Source: Candidatus Methylomirabilia bacterium (GTDB lineage Bacteria > Methylomirabilota > Methylomirabilia > Rokubacteriales > CSP1-6). Taken from it: 17,559 nt of DNA. Below are positions 7,184 to 15,228 of the stretch, piece after piece. Position numbers and translations under genes: made by a program. A model generated the notes under the pieces. It was given only the letters and a program-made list of their open reading frames with translations. It was not told where the DNA came from and searched no databases. The stretch's first letter is position 1. Every line of letters begins with the position of its first letter. The DNA lies in the NCBI GenBank assembly GCA_041496385.1, contig JBGQEL010000089.1, forward strand, positions 1 to 17,559, given 5' to 3'.

Positions 7184-8512
7184 ATGAAAACACTCCGGAT
7201 CGCGCTCGCGCTGATCCTGGTCGCGGCCGTCGTCGTCGTCGCGGCCCCGCATCGCGCGGCCGACGCCCAGGGGCAGACGATCAAGATCGGCGTCCTGTTC
7301 GACCACACCGGCCCCTTCTCGGCGGCGGGCTCGCTCAACTGCTGGCGCGGCGCCAAGATGATGATCGACTTGATCAACGAGCGCGGCGGCGTGCTCGGCA
7401 AGTACAAGCTCGTCCAGGTGGACGGCGACGGGCAGTCGAAGGCCGAGACCGCGATCAACGAGGCCGAGCGGCTGCTCAACGTCGAGAAGGTCGACATCCT
7501 CGCGGGCATCTACTCGAGCGCCCACGCGGTCCCGCTCGCCGAGAAGGTGGACAAGCAGAAACGCTTCCTCTGGATCACGACGGCGATCTCGTCCAAGGTC
7601 TTCGACGGCCGCAACCTCCAGTACACGTTCCGGCCGCAGGCGACGGGCGATCAGTTCGGCGCGCTCTCCGTGCAGTACATCGCCGACTACTCGCAGGAGA
7701 AGTTCAAGAAGCCGGCGAAGGAGCTGCGGATCGCGATCATCCACGAGGACGGCGCCTACGGCGCCGACGTCGCGCTGGGGAGCGAGCTCCGCGCCAAGGA
7801 CCTGGGGCTCAACGTCGTGCTCAAGGAGGGCTATTCGATCAGCGCGCCCGACCTCTCGGCGCTCGTGACGAAGCTCCGCTCCGTGCGACCCGACGTCCTG
7901 CTCCACACCGGCTACAACCCGGACATCGCGCTGTTCCTGCGGCAGGCCAAGGAGCAGGGGCTGCGCATTAAGGCCTACATCGGTCACGGCGCGGGGCACA
8001 GCCAGATCGACAAGCTGAAGGAGGCCTTCGGGGCGAGGGAGATCGAGGGCTTCCACACGCTCGATCCGATCGCCTCGCAGCTCCTCGACCCCAAGAAGCT
8101 CAAGCCGGGCGTCGGCGAGATGACCGCGGAGATGGTCCGCCGCTACAAGGCGCTCTACGACAAGGACGTGCAGGACCGCGCCATCGCCCCGCACGTCTCG
8201 ATGGGCTTCAACAACATGTGGATCCTGCTCAACGACGTGCTGCCGCGCGCGATCCAGAAGCACGGGGGCTTCGGCCCCGAGGCGCTCGCGAAGGCCGCGC
8301 GTGAGACGGACATCCCCGAGGGCGGCACGATGCAGGGATACGGGGTGAAGTTCTTCCCGCCGGGGCATCGGTTCGCCGGCCAGAACGAGCGCTCCTATCC
8401 GGCGGTCTTCGAGATCATCGAGGGAAAGTTCGAGCTCGTATTCCCCAAGGCGGTCGCGACTGCGCCGCCGCTCCTGCCGCTGCCCGCGTCCTCGCCGCTT
8501 GCGGCGCGGTAA
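7184..8512 (+). CDS. HAAT family (branched-chain amino acid-type) ABC transporter substrate-binding protein
   Basis: AGGAGG RBS and signal peptide ending ..RAADA. Motifs IKIGVLFDHTGPFS, INERGGVLG, GIYSS and HEDGAYG (LivK-like PBP1 fold). Substrate unknown. Confidence 0.92.
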   Translation: MKTLRIALALILVAAVVVVAAPHRAADAQGQTIKIGVLFDHTGPFSAAGSLNCWRGAKMMIDLINERGGVLGKYKLVQVDGDGQSKAETAINEAERLLNVEKVDILAGIYSSAHAVPLAEKVDKQKRFLWITTAISSKVFDGRNLQYTFRPQATGDQFGALSVQYIADYSQEKFKKPAKELRIAIIHEDGAYGADVALGSELRAKDLGLNVVLKEGYSISAPDLSALVTKLRSVRPDVLLHTGYNPDIALFLRQAKEQGLRIKAYIGHGAGHSQIDKLKEAFGAREIEGFHTLDPIASQLLDPKKLKPGVGEMTAEMVRRYKALYDKDVQDRAIAPHVSMGFNNMWILLNDVLPRAIQKHGGFGPEALAKAARETDIPEGGTMQGYGVKFFPPGHRFAGQNERSYPAVFEIIEGKFELVFPKAVATAPPLLPLPASSPLAAR

Positions 8513-8517
8513 TTGGA

Positions 8518-8548
8518 TTGGAGGGGGTCAGAGCCTGACCCCCTCCAA
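8518..8548. repeat. Perfect 14-bp inverted repeat (REP-like intergenic hairpin)
   Basis: ttggagggggtcag-agc-ctgaccccctccaa between the SBP and ATPase genes. No U-tract on the + strand. Confidence 0.85.
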
Positions 8549-8586
8549 ACCTCTCCTGCCCGCGGGCCGCACCTCCACCTGACGCC

Positions 8587-9318
8587 GTGCTGACGGTCAG
8601 CGAGCTCACCAAGCGCTTCGGCGGCTTCACCGCGCTGAACTCCGTCTCGTTCGACGTGCGCGAGGGCGAGATCCTCGGCCTCATCGGCCCGAACGGCTCG
8701 GGCAAGACGACGTGCTTCAATTGCGTCTCGGGCGCGCTGGCGCCCACCGCCGGCTCGATCCGCTTCGCCGGCCAGGAGCTGGCCGGGCTCACGCCGGACC
8801 GTGTCTGTCACCTCGGGATCGCGCGCACGTTCCAGATCCCGCGGCCGTTCCGGAAGCTGTCGATCCTCGAGAACGTCGCGGTCGCCGCGCACTACGGCGC
8901 CGCCGGCCGCGTGGGCGAGGCCGCCGCGCGCGCGCGGGCGGGCGAGATCCTGGCCCTCGTGGGGCTGCCGGCGGAGCGAGGCACCTCGACCGCGCAGCTC
9001 GGCGCCGGCGGGCTCAAGAAGCTCGAGCTCGCGCGCGCGCTCGCCACGGAGCCGAAGCTCCTGCTCGCCGACGAGAGCCTCGGCGGCCTCGACCCGGCGG
9101 AGATGAGCGGGGCCGCCGAGATGCTCCGGCGCATCCGTGGGGAGCTGGGCGTCACGATCGTCTGGGTCGAGCACATCATGGCCACGCTCATGCGCGTCGT
9201 GGACCGGGTGGTCGTGCTCGATCACGGCGAGAAGATCGCCGAGGGCGGGCCGCGCGAGGTCGCGGAGGACCCGCGCGTCGTGGAGGCCTACCTCGGCGAG
9301 CGGATCGTGCTGGCGTGA
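8587..9318 (+). CDS. livG: HAAT ABC transporter ATP-binding protein, LivG-like
   Basis: Walker A GPNGSGKT, GIARTFQ Q-loop, Walker B LLLADE, VEH switch and C-terminal VVEAYLG. Confidence 0.92.
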   Translation: MLTVSELTKRFGGFTALNSVSFDVREGEILGLIGPNGSGKTTCFNCVSGALAPTAGSIRFAGQELAGLTPDRVCHLGIARTFQIPRPFRKLSILENVAVAAHYGAAGRVGEAAARARAGEILALVGLPAERGTSTAQLGAGGLKKLELARALATEPKLLLADESLGGLDPAEMSGAAEMLRRIRGELGVTIVWVEHIMATLMRVVDRVVVLDHGEKIAEGGPREVAEDPRVVEAYLGERIVLA

Positions 9319-10025
9319 GCCTGCTCGAGCTCCGGAACATCACCGCGGGGTACGGCGCCTTCACCGCGCTCTGGGAGGTCGGGCTGCGCGTCGACGCCGG
9401 CGAGGCCGTCGCCGTCGTCGGGCCGAACGGGGCGGGCAAGACGACGCTCCTGCGGGTGATCTCCGGGCTCATCGCGCCGCGCGCGGGCGAGCTCAGCTTC
9501 GCGGGCGCGGCGCTCACCGGCAAGCCCGCCTACGAGATCGTGAGCCACGGGATCGCGCACGTCCCGGAGGGGCGGCGGATCTTCCCGGCGCTCACCGTCG
9601 GAGACAACCTCCGGATGGGCGCCTACCTGCCGGCGGCGCGCCGCGCCTTCGCCCGGAGCCTCGAGCGCGTCTTCACGCTCTTCCCCGCGCTCGCCGAGCG
9701 GCAGAAGCAACGCGCGGGCAGCCTGTCGGGCGGCGAGCAGCAGATGCTGGCGCTCGGCCGCGCGCTCATGTCGTGCCCGAAGCTGATCCTCCTCGACGAG
9801 CCCTCGATGGGCCTGGCGCCCGTGATGGTGCTCCGCCTCTTCGATCTGATCCGCCGCGTGCGCGAGGAGGGCTACACGATCCTCGTCGTCGAGCAGAACG
9901 TGCGGCAGGTGCTCAAGCTCGTGGACCGCGCCTACCTGCTCGAGGTCGGCCGGATCAAGATGGAGGGGCGGGCCGCGGAGCTGGCCGAGCAGGACTTCGT
10001 GCGGAAGGCGTACGTCGGCTTGTGA
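9315..10025 (+). CDS. livF: HAAT ABC transporter ATP-binding protein, LivF-like
   Basis: GTGA overlap. Motifs GPNGAGKT, VPEGRRIF, LSGGEQQMLA, LDEPSMGLAP and VEQN. Confidence 0.94.
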   Translation: MSLLELRNITAGYGAFTALWEVGLRVDAGEAVAVVGPNGAGKTTLLRVISGLIAPRAGELSFAGAALTGKPAYEIVSHGIAHVPEGRRIFPALTVGDNLRMGAYLPAARRAFARSLERVFTLFPALAERQKQRAGSLSGGEQQMLALGRALMSCPKLILLDEPSMGLAPVMVLRLFDLIRRVREEGYTILVVEQNVRQVLKLVDRAYLLEVGRIKMEGRAAELAEQDFVRKAYVGL

Positions 10026-10888
10026 TCGACCCGATCTTCCTCGTCGAGGCGGCGCTCAACGGGATCCTGCTGGGCGGGATCCTGGCGCTGCTCGCGCTGG
10101 GCCTCAACCTCATCTTCGGCGTCGTGGACATCGTGTGGATCGCGTACGTGGACCTCGTGATGCTCTGCATGTACCTCGTCTACTTCCTCGTCCAGGTCCA
10201 CGGCTGGCCCTTCTGGCTCGGCGGGCTGGCGTCGCTGGCCTTCGGCGCGCTGCTGGGCGCCAGCGTCCATCTGCTGATCATCTCGCCGATCCTCACGAGC
10301 GCGCCCGTGAACCAGCTCCTGGCGACGGGCGGCCTCCTCTTCTTCATCCAGTCGTTCGCGACCTTCCTCTGGACGACCGATCACCGGAGCGTGCGGCTCT
10401 CGCTGCCGAGTTACGAGATCGGCGGGATCTTCCTGCCGGCGGCGCGCATCATTCCGTTCGCGATCTCGATCCTGGCGATGGTCGGCCTCTACCTCTTCCT
10501 CACGCGCACCTGGGTCGGCACCGCGATCCGCGCCGTCTCGCAGGACCGCGACGCGATGGCGCTGATGGGCGCGAACCCGCACCGGATCTACCTCGTGACC
10601 TCGGCGGTCGGCGGGCTGATGGCGGGCCTCGCCGGGGCCCTGCTCATCGTCCAGTACTCGGTGCACCCGTTCTTCGGCGGGCAGTTCGGGCCGCTCACCT
10701 TCATGATCTGCGTGCTGGGCGGGCTCGGGAACATGCCGGGGGCCTTCCTCGCGTCGTTCATCATGAGCGAGATCATCTCGATCGCCGGTGTCGTGTGGTC
10801 GACCGAGATGGGCTACGTGATCGCGTTCGTCGTCTTCATCGTCATGATCTTCGCCCGCCCGGGCGGGATCCTGGCGCGGCGGGCATGA
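10022..10888 (+). CDS. livH: HAAT ABC transporter permease, LivH-like
   Basis: GTGA overlap. Motifs ALGLNLIFGV, GTAIRAVSQD..A.ALMG, VLGGLG and RPGGI. Confidence 0.92.
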   Translation: MIDPIFLVEAALNGILLGGILALLALGLNLIFGVVDIVWIAYVDLVMLCMYLVYFLVQVHGWPFWLGGLASLAFGALLGASVHLLIISPILTSAPVNQLLATGGLLFFIQSFATFLWTTDHRSVRLSLPSYEIGGIFLPAARIIPFAISILAMVGLYLFLTRTWVGTAIRAVSQDRDAMALMGANPHRIYLVTSAVGGLMAGLAGALLIVQYSVHPFFGGQFGPLTFMICVLGGLGNMPGAFLASFIMSEIISIAGVVWSTEMGYVIAFVVFIVMIFARPGGILARRA

Positions 10889-11883
10889 GCGTGGCGCGCC
10901 TGGTCGGCGCCGCGCTCGTCGTCCTGCTGGCGCTCGCGCCCCTGCTGCCATTGGGCGTGGGCAAGGACTACGTGCTCCACGTCGCGATCCAGATCTTCAT
11001 CTGGTCCTTCATCGGCGGCGCCTGGTCGCTGATGGGGCGCTTCGGACTCGTCTCGCTCGGCCACGGCGCGTTCCTCGGTCTCGGCGCCTACACGACGACG
11101 CTCCTCTGGAACGCCTTCGGGCTCTCGCCGTGGCTCGGCGGCGCCGTCGCGGTGGCGCTCACGGTCGGGCTCGCCGCGATCGTCGCCTACCCGTGCTGCC
11201 GCTTCCAGGTGGTCGGCCACTACTTCGGGCTCGTCACGCTCGCCGTCGGCGAGGTGATCCGCCTGCTGGTCATCGCCGAGCGCGACTGGACGGGCGGTTC
11301 CCTGGGGCTCTCGCTCAAGCCGGCCGGGCGCGACAGCCTGCTCGCGATGCAGTTCGCGGACAAGCGCGTCTTCTACTGGGCGTCGCTCGGCCTCTGGCTC
11401 GTCGGCCTCTGGATCTGGGTGCGCGTGGATCGCTCGATGGCGCGCTCGGCGATGGAGGCGATCGGCGAGGACGAGACGGCGGCGGCCTCCGTCGGCATCC
11501 ACGTGACCCGCTTCAAGGTGGGGATCACCGCGCTCTCCGCCGCGCTCACGGCCGTCGGCGGCGTCGCGTACGCGCAGTACATCTCCTACGTCAATCCCGA
11601 CACCCTGGCCGGCATCGGCGTGTCGCTGCGCATCGTCTTCGCCGTCGTGCTCGGCGGCATGTACTCGTTGCTCGGCTCCAGCGTGGGCACGGCGCTCACG
11701 ATCGCGCTCTCCGAGTACCTGCGCATCGTCTTCGGTCTCAAGTTCATCGGGATGGCCGAGACGATCTACGGGCTGCTGCTGATCCTGTTCATCATCTTCC
11801 TGCCGTCGGGCATCTACGGCTCGCTGAGCGGCCTCGTCAAGCGCTTGCGCAGCGGCCCGGGACGCGCGACCGTACAGGCATGA
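10885..11883 (+). CDS. livM: HAAT ABC transporter permease, LivM-like
   Basis: ATGA overlap. Motifs GLVSLGHGAFLGLGAY, YFGLVTLA, AIGEDETAA.SVGI, VLGG and PSGI. Confidence 0.92.
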   Translation: MSVARLVGAALVVLLALAPLLPLGVGKDYVLHVAIQIFIWSFIGGAWSLMGRFGLVSLGHGAFLGLGAYTTTLLWNAFGLSPWLGGAVAVALTVGLAAIVAYPCCRFQVVGHYFGLVTLAVGEVIRLLVIAERDWTGGSLGLSLKPAGRDSLLAMQFADKRVFYWASLGLWLVGLWIWVRVDRSMARSAMEAIGEDETAAASVGIHVTRFKVGITALSAALTAVGGVAYAQYISYVNPDTLAGIGVSLRIVFAVVLGGMYSLLGSSVGTALTIALSEYLRIVFGLKFIGMAETIYGLLLILFIIFLPSGIYGSLSGLVKRLRSGPGRATVQA

Positions 11884-12770
11884 CGGATCCGGGTCCCTCG
11901 CGCGACGCCCAGGCGCTCGCCGACCAGGTCGGGCGGGACGGCGGCCGCGTGCTCGCGATCTACCAGGAGCCCGTGGGCGACCACTGGCAGATCTTCTGCC
12001 TGCTGCCCCGCGAGCGCTGCGAGGCGAGCCCCTACCAGCGCGACCTCTCGCCGACCCACGTCAAGCGGCTCACCGAGACGGTCAAGCGCCTCGACCGCTT
12101 CGTGGATCCGATCGTGGCGGTCTCGCCCGGGCCCGGCGTCTACTGGACGCCCAACGGCAACCACCGCCGCGCGGTCCTCGACAAGCTCAAGACGGGGCTC
12201 GTGCCCGCGATCCTCGTGGTCGAGCGCGAGATGCTCTTCGAGGTCCTGCCGCTCAACGTCGAGAAGGCGCACAACCTCAAGGAGAAGTCGCTCGAGGTCA
12301 TCCGCATGTACCGGGCGCTCGTCCGCGACGAGCCGGACACGACCGAGGAGGCGTGGGCCGCCCAGTTCGAGTCCCCGCACTTCATCACGCTCGGCCTCCT
12401 CTACGAGGAGAACAAGCGCTTCGCGGGCGGCGCGTTCGCGCCGATCCTGCGGCGCGTGGACAAGTTCCTGAAGCTCAAGCTCCCGAAGGGTCTCGAGGAG
12501 CGCGGGGAGCGGGCGGATCTGGTTCGCGCGGCGGACGAGGCGCTCGTCGAGGCGGTCCAGAAGATCAAGAAGCGCGGGATCAACCACCCGTACGTGAAGA
12601 ACTACGTGCTGGCGCGGACGACGCCGCTCACGCGCGCGCGCAAGACGCTCCCGCCCTTCGAGCAGACCTTCCGCAAGCTCCGCGAGAACATCAAGGACTT
12701 CGACGTGGGCAAGGTCCGGTACGACGACATCCAGCGCTCGGCGATCATGGGAGCCCCCGCCGCTGACTAG
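11880..12770 (+). CDS. ParB/Sulfiredoxin N-terminal domain-containing protein (orphan, no adjacent ParA)
   Basis: ATGA overlap with the permease. Motifs SPYQRDLS..HVKRL, FVDPIVAV, WTPNGNHRR (Arg-patch-like) and LNVEK. Confidence 0.8.
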   Translation: MTDPGPSRDAQALADQVGRDGGRVLAIYQEPVGDHWQIFCLLPRERCEASPYQRDLSPTHVKRLTETVKRLDRFVDPIVAVSPGPGVYWTPNGNHRRAVLDKLKTGLVPAILVVEREMLFEVLPLNVEKAHNLKEKSLEVIRMYRALVRDEPDTTEEAWAAQFESPHFITLGLLYEENKRFAGGAFAPILRRVDKFLKLKLPKGLEERGERADLVRAADEALVEAVQKIKKRGINHPYVKNYVLARTTPLTRARKTLPPFEQTFRKLRENIKDFDVGKVRYDDIQRSAIMGAPAAD

Positions 12771-12786
12771 ACCGCTCGACGACCGC

Positions 12787-13470
12787 GTGGCCCTCGTGAC
12801 CGGGGGGACGGGGGCGCTCGGCCAGGCCGTGTGCCTGCGCCTCCTCGAGGACGGGGCTCTCGTGGTCGTCCCCTACGCCGTCCCGGAGGAGGCCAAGCGG
12901 CTGCGCGAGCGCGTCGCCGCCGCCGATCAGGGCCGGCTCGTCACCGAGCCCGTCGACGTCACGAGCCTCCCCGCGATGACCGCGTTCGCCGACCGCCTGG
13001 CCGCCGCGCGCGGCCGGATCGACGTACTGGTCGCGGGGGTGGGCGGCTTCGCGGGGGGTGCGCTCGTCGAGACCGACGAGGCCACGTGGACGCGGATGCT
13101 CGCGCTCAATCTCACGAGCGTCTTCGTCACCACGCGCGCGGTGGTGCCGCACATGCTCCGGGCCGCCTGGGGCCGCGTCGTCGTGATCGCCTCGCGCGCC
13201 GTCGTGCCCCCCGCGGCCGGCGTCCTCGCCTATACCGTCGCCAAGGCAGGCGCGATCGCCCTCGTGCAGGCGCTCGCCCTGGAGGTACGGCCCCACGGCG
13301 TGACCGCGAACGCGGTGCTGCCAAGCACCATGGACACGCCGGCCAATCGCGCCGCGATGCCCGACAGCGACCGGAAGGGCTGGGTGCCTGTGGAGTCAGT
13401 CGCCGACGCGATCGCCGTGCTCGTCCGCCCCGCCTCCGCCCACATCACCGGCACGCTCCTGGCCATCTAA
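12787..13470 (+). CDS. Short-chain dehydrogenase/reductase (SDR)
   Basis: Rossmann motif ALVTGGTGALG, catalytic S (IASR) and YTVAK (YxxxK), NAVLP..MDT and HITG. The real start may be CTG at 12763. Confidence 0.92.
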   Translation: MALVTGGTGALGQAVCLRLLEDGALVVVPYAVPEEAKRLRERVAAADQGRLVTEPVDVTSLPAMTAFADRLAAARGRIDVLVAGVGGFAGGALVETDEATWTRMLALNLTSVFVTTRAVVPHMLRAAWGRVVVIASRAVVPPAAGVLAYTVAKAGAIALVQALALEVRPHGVTANAVLPSTMDTPANRAAMPDSDRKGWVPVESVADAIAVLVRPASAHITGTLLAI

Positions 13471-13609
13471 CGCCCGCCGTTCCCGTCACGCGGCCGAGGA
13501 CCCCGCGCGCCCGGACGGAGCCCAGCCACCCAGGGGTATGCGAGCGCGCGTCGCGTGGTCCTCTCGACCCGACCGCACCCCGCCCCGGGCCCCGGACACG
13601 AGCGCGTCC

Positions 13610-13659
13610 GGAAACCCCGCGATTTCACACCCGTAAACGATCCGACACACCCTAACGTC
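13610..13659 (+). promoter_or_regulatory. Two interlocked ECF-sigma-type promoters
   Basis: GGAAAC(13610-15)-N16-CGTA(13632-35) and GTAAAC(13633-38)-N17-CGTC(13656-59). Both match the general ECF AAC...CGT consensus and lie upstream of an ECF operon. Confidence 0.65.
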
Positions 13660-13704
13660 TTACCCACCAAGCAGCACACATTTCGACCCTGGAGGGAATG
13701 GGCA

Positions 13705-14079
13705 ATGAAGACGGCCACGATCGTGGCGGTGGGAGGGATGCTGGTGGCGCTCAGCTTCGGTGGCGCGTGGGCCCAGGACGCCAAGGACATCAAGAAGGAC
13801 GCCCAGGACGTCAGGCAGGATCGCCGCGAGATCCGGCAAGACTCGCGCGAGATCCGGCAGGACAAGCGCGAGATCCGCGGCGACCGCAAGGAGCTCCGCG
13901 ACGACATCAAGGCCGGCAACAAGGACGCGATCAAGAAGGACCGGAAGGAGCTCGCGGGAGACCGCAAGGAGCTGCGCGAGGACAGGAAGGACCGGCGTGA
14001 CGACGTGCGCGACCTCAAGAAGGATCGCCGCGATCTCAAGAAGGACGTCCGCGAGAAGCGCCAGGACGCCAGCAAGTAG
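13705..14079 (+). CDS. Secreted, highly charged heptad-repeat (coiled-coil-like) protein
   Basis: GGAGG RBS and signal peptide ending AWA|Q. Mature part is made of D-[RK]-[RK]-[ED]-[ILV]-[RK]-x heptads, with 21-bp DNA repeats at 13825, 13846 and 13867. Confidence 0.85.
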   Translation: MKTATIVAVGGMLVALSFGGAWAQDAKDIKKDAQDVRQDRREIRQDSREIRQDKREIRGDRKELRDDIKAGNKDAIKKDRKELAGDRKELREDRKDRRDDVRDLKKDRRDLKKDVREKRQDASK

Positions 14080-14092
14080 CGACGAAAGGGAC

Positions 14093-14142
14093 GAGGGGCG
14101 GGGGGCCTGACTCCCCGCCCCTTGCGGCGTGGGAGTCAGGAG
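14093..14142 (+). promoter_or_regulatory. Overlapping, mutually exclusive hairpins upstream of the ECF sigma gene
   Basis: Hairpin A: aggggcgggg (14094-103) / ccccgcccct (14113-22). Hairpin B: cctgactccc (14106-15) / gggagtcagg (14131-40). The sequence is directly seen; the function is inferred. Confidence 0.5.
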
Positions 14143-14172
14143 TGGGAATGTGGGAGCGAGGACACGTGAAGC

Positions 14173-14739
14173 GTGGAGCTTACCGATGAGGCGCTGTGCC
14201 AGCGCGTGGCCGAGCGGGACGAGGCGGCGTTCGACCTGCTCGTCGCCCGATACCAGGAGCGCTCGTACCGGCTCGCCTGGTCCATCCTCCGGAACGCCGA
14301 GGACGCGCGTGACGTCTCGCAGGAGGCCTTCATCCGGCTCTACGAGGCCGCGGCGAGCTTCGGCGGCCGGGCGAAATTCTCGACCTGGTTCTACCGCATC
14401 CTCGTCAACCTCTGCCTGGACCACCGCCGGAAGAACAAGGGCTGGCGTCTCTGGGTCCGCGAGGACGAGGACCCGGGGTCGGGTGAGTCGCTCCTGGACC
14501 GCCAGCCCGCCCCCGCTCGCGATCCCGTGGACGCGCTGGGCCGGGAGCGGACGTTGAGCGCGCTCTGGTCGGCCGTGGACCGGCTCGCGCCCCAGCAGCG
14601 CGCGGCGGTGATCCTCCAGGTGCAGGAGGAGCTGCCGACGGCCGAGATCGCGGCCGTGCTGAAATGCTCGGAGGCGACGGTGCGCGTGCACCTGCACCGG
14701 GCGCTGAAAACGCTCAAGCAGACGATGGAGCGACGCTGA
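14173..14739 (+). CDS. ECF (sigma-70 group 4) RNA polymerase sigma factor
   Basis: Region 2: DEAAFDLLVARY..AEDARDVSQEAF..FSTWFYRILVNLCLD. Region 4: LAPQQRAAVIL..EIAAVLKCSEATVRVHLHRA. Confidence 0.95.
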   Translation: MELTDEALCQRVAERDEAAFDLLVARYQERSYRLAWSILRNAEDARDVSQEAFIRLYEAAASFGGRAKFSTWFYRILVNLCLDHRRKNKGWRLWVREDEDPGSGESLLDRQPAPARDPVDALGRERTLSALWSAVDRLAPQQRAAVILQVQEELPTAEIAAVLKCSEATVRVHLHRALKTLKQTMERR

Positions 14740-14740
14740 G

Positions 14741-15226
14741 ATGGCGAACCATCCCGAGACCGAGCTGGTACCGTACGTCCGTGGCGAGCTCGCGCCCGCC
14801 GACCGCGAGCGCGTCGCGCACCACCTCGACGATTGCCCGGACTGCCGGCAGGACGCCGAAGACCTGCGCGAGCTGCTGAGCCAGCTGACGCGGACCGCGC
14901 CCCTCCCGCCCGCCCTTCACTGGGGCCGCTGGCGCGCCGAGCTCGGCGAAAAGCTCGAGGCGCGGCGGGCGCGAGCGCGCGCCTGGTGGTGGCGTCCGCT
15001 GCCGCTGGCGTTCTCGGCCGGTCTCGCGGGTGTGGTGCTGCTCCTCGCCGTCTGGGGCGGGTGGCGGACGCCCACCGGCGTGGAGTCCCTCACGATGGAG
15101 GAGGCGATGCTCGGCGGGCGGTTCGGGCTCCTGCAGCAGTACTCGGTGGTCGAGCGGCTCGACCTCCTCGAGGATCTCGACCTGATCCGGAACCTCGACC
15201 AGCTCGCGGGGACGCGAGAGGGCTGA
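14741..15226 (+). CDS. Zinc-finger (zf-HC2/ZAS) transmembrane anti-sigma factor
   Basis: HLDDCPDC (HxxxCxxC) plus an N-terminal His, one TM helix (PLPLAFSAGLAGVVLLLAVWGGW), short Leu/Asp-rich extracytoplasmic tail. Starts 1 nt after the sigma stop. Confidence 0.92.
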   Translation: MANHPETELVPYVRGELAPADRERVAHHLDDCPDCRQDAEDLRELLSQLTRTAPLPPALHWGRWRAELGEKLEARRARARAWWWRPLPLAFSAGLAGVVLLLAVWGGWRTPTGVESLTMEEAMLGGRFGLLQQYSVVERLDLLEDLDLIRNLDQLAGTREG

Positions 15227-15228
15227 GG

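Noticed and set aside
11880..12770. Plasmid, prophage or chromosome partition locus
   Set aside because: No ParA, replication, integrase or phage genes. The context is ordinary chromosomal metabolism.
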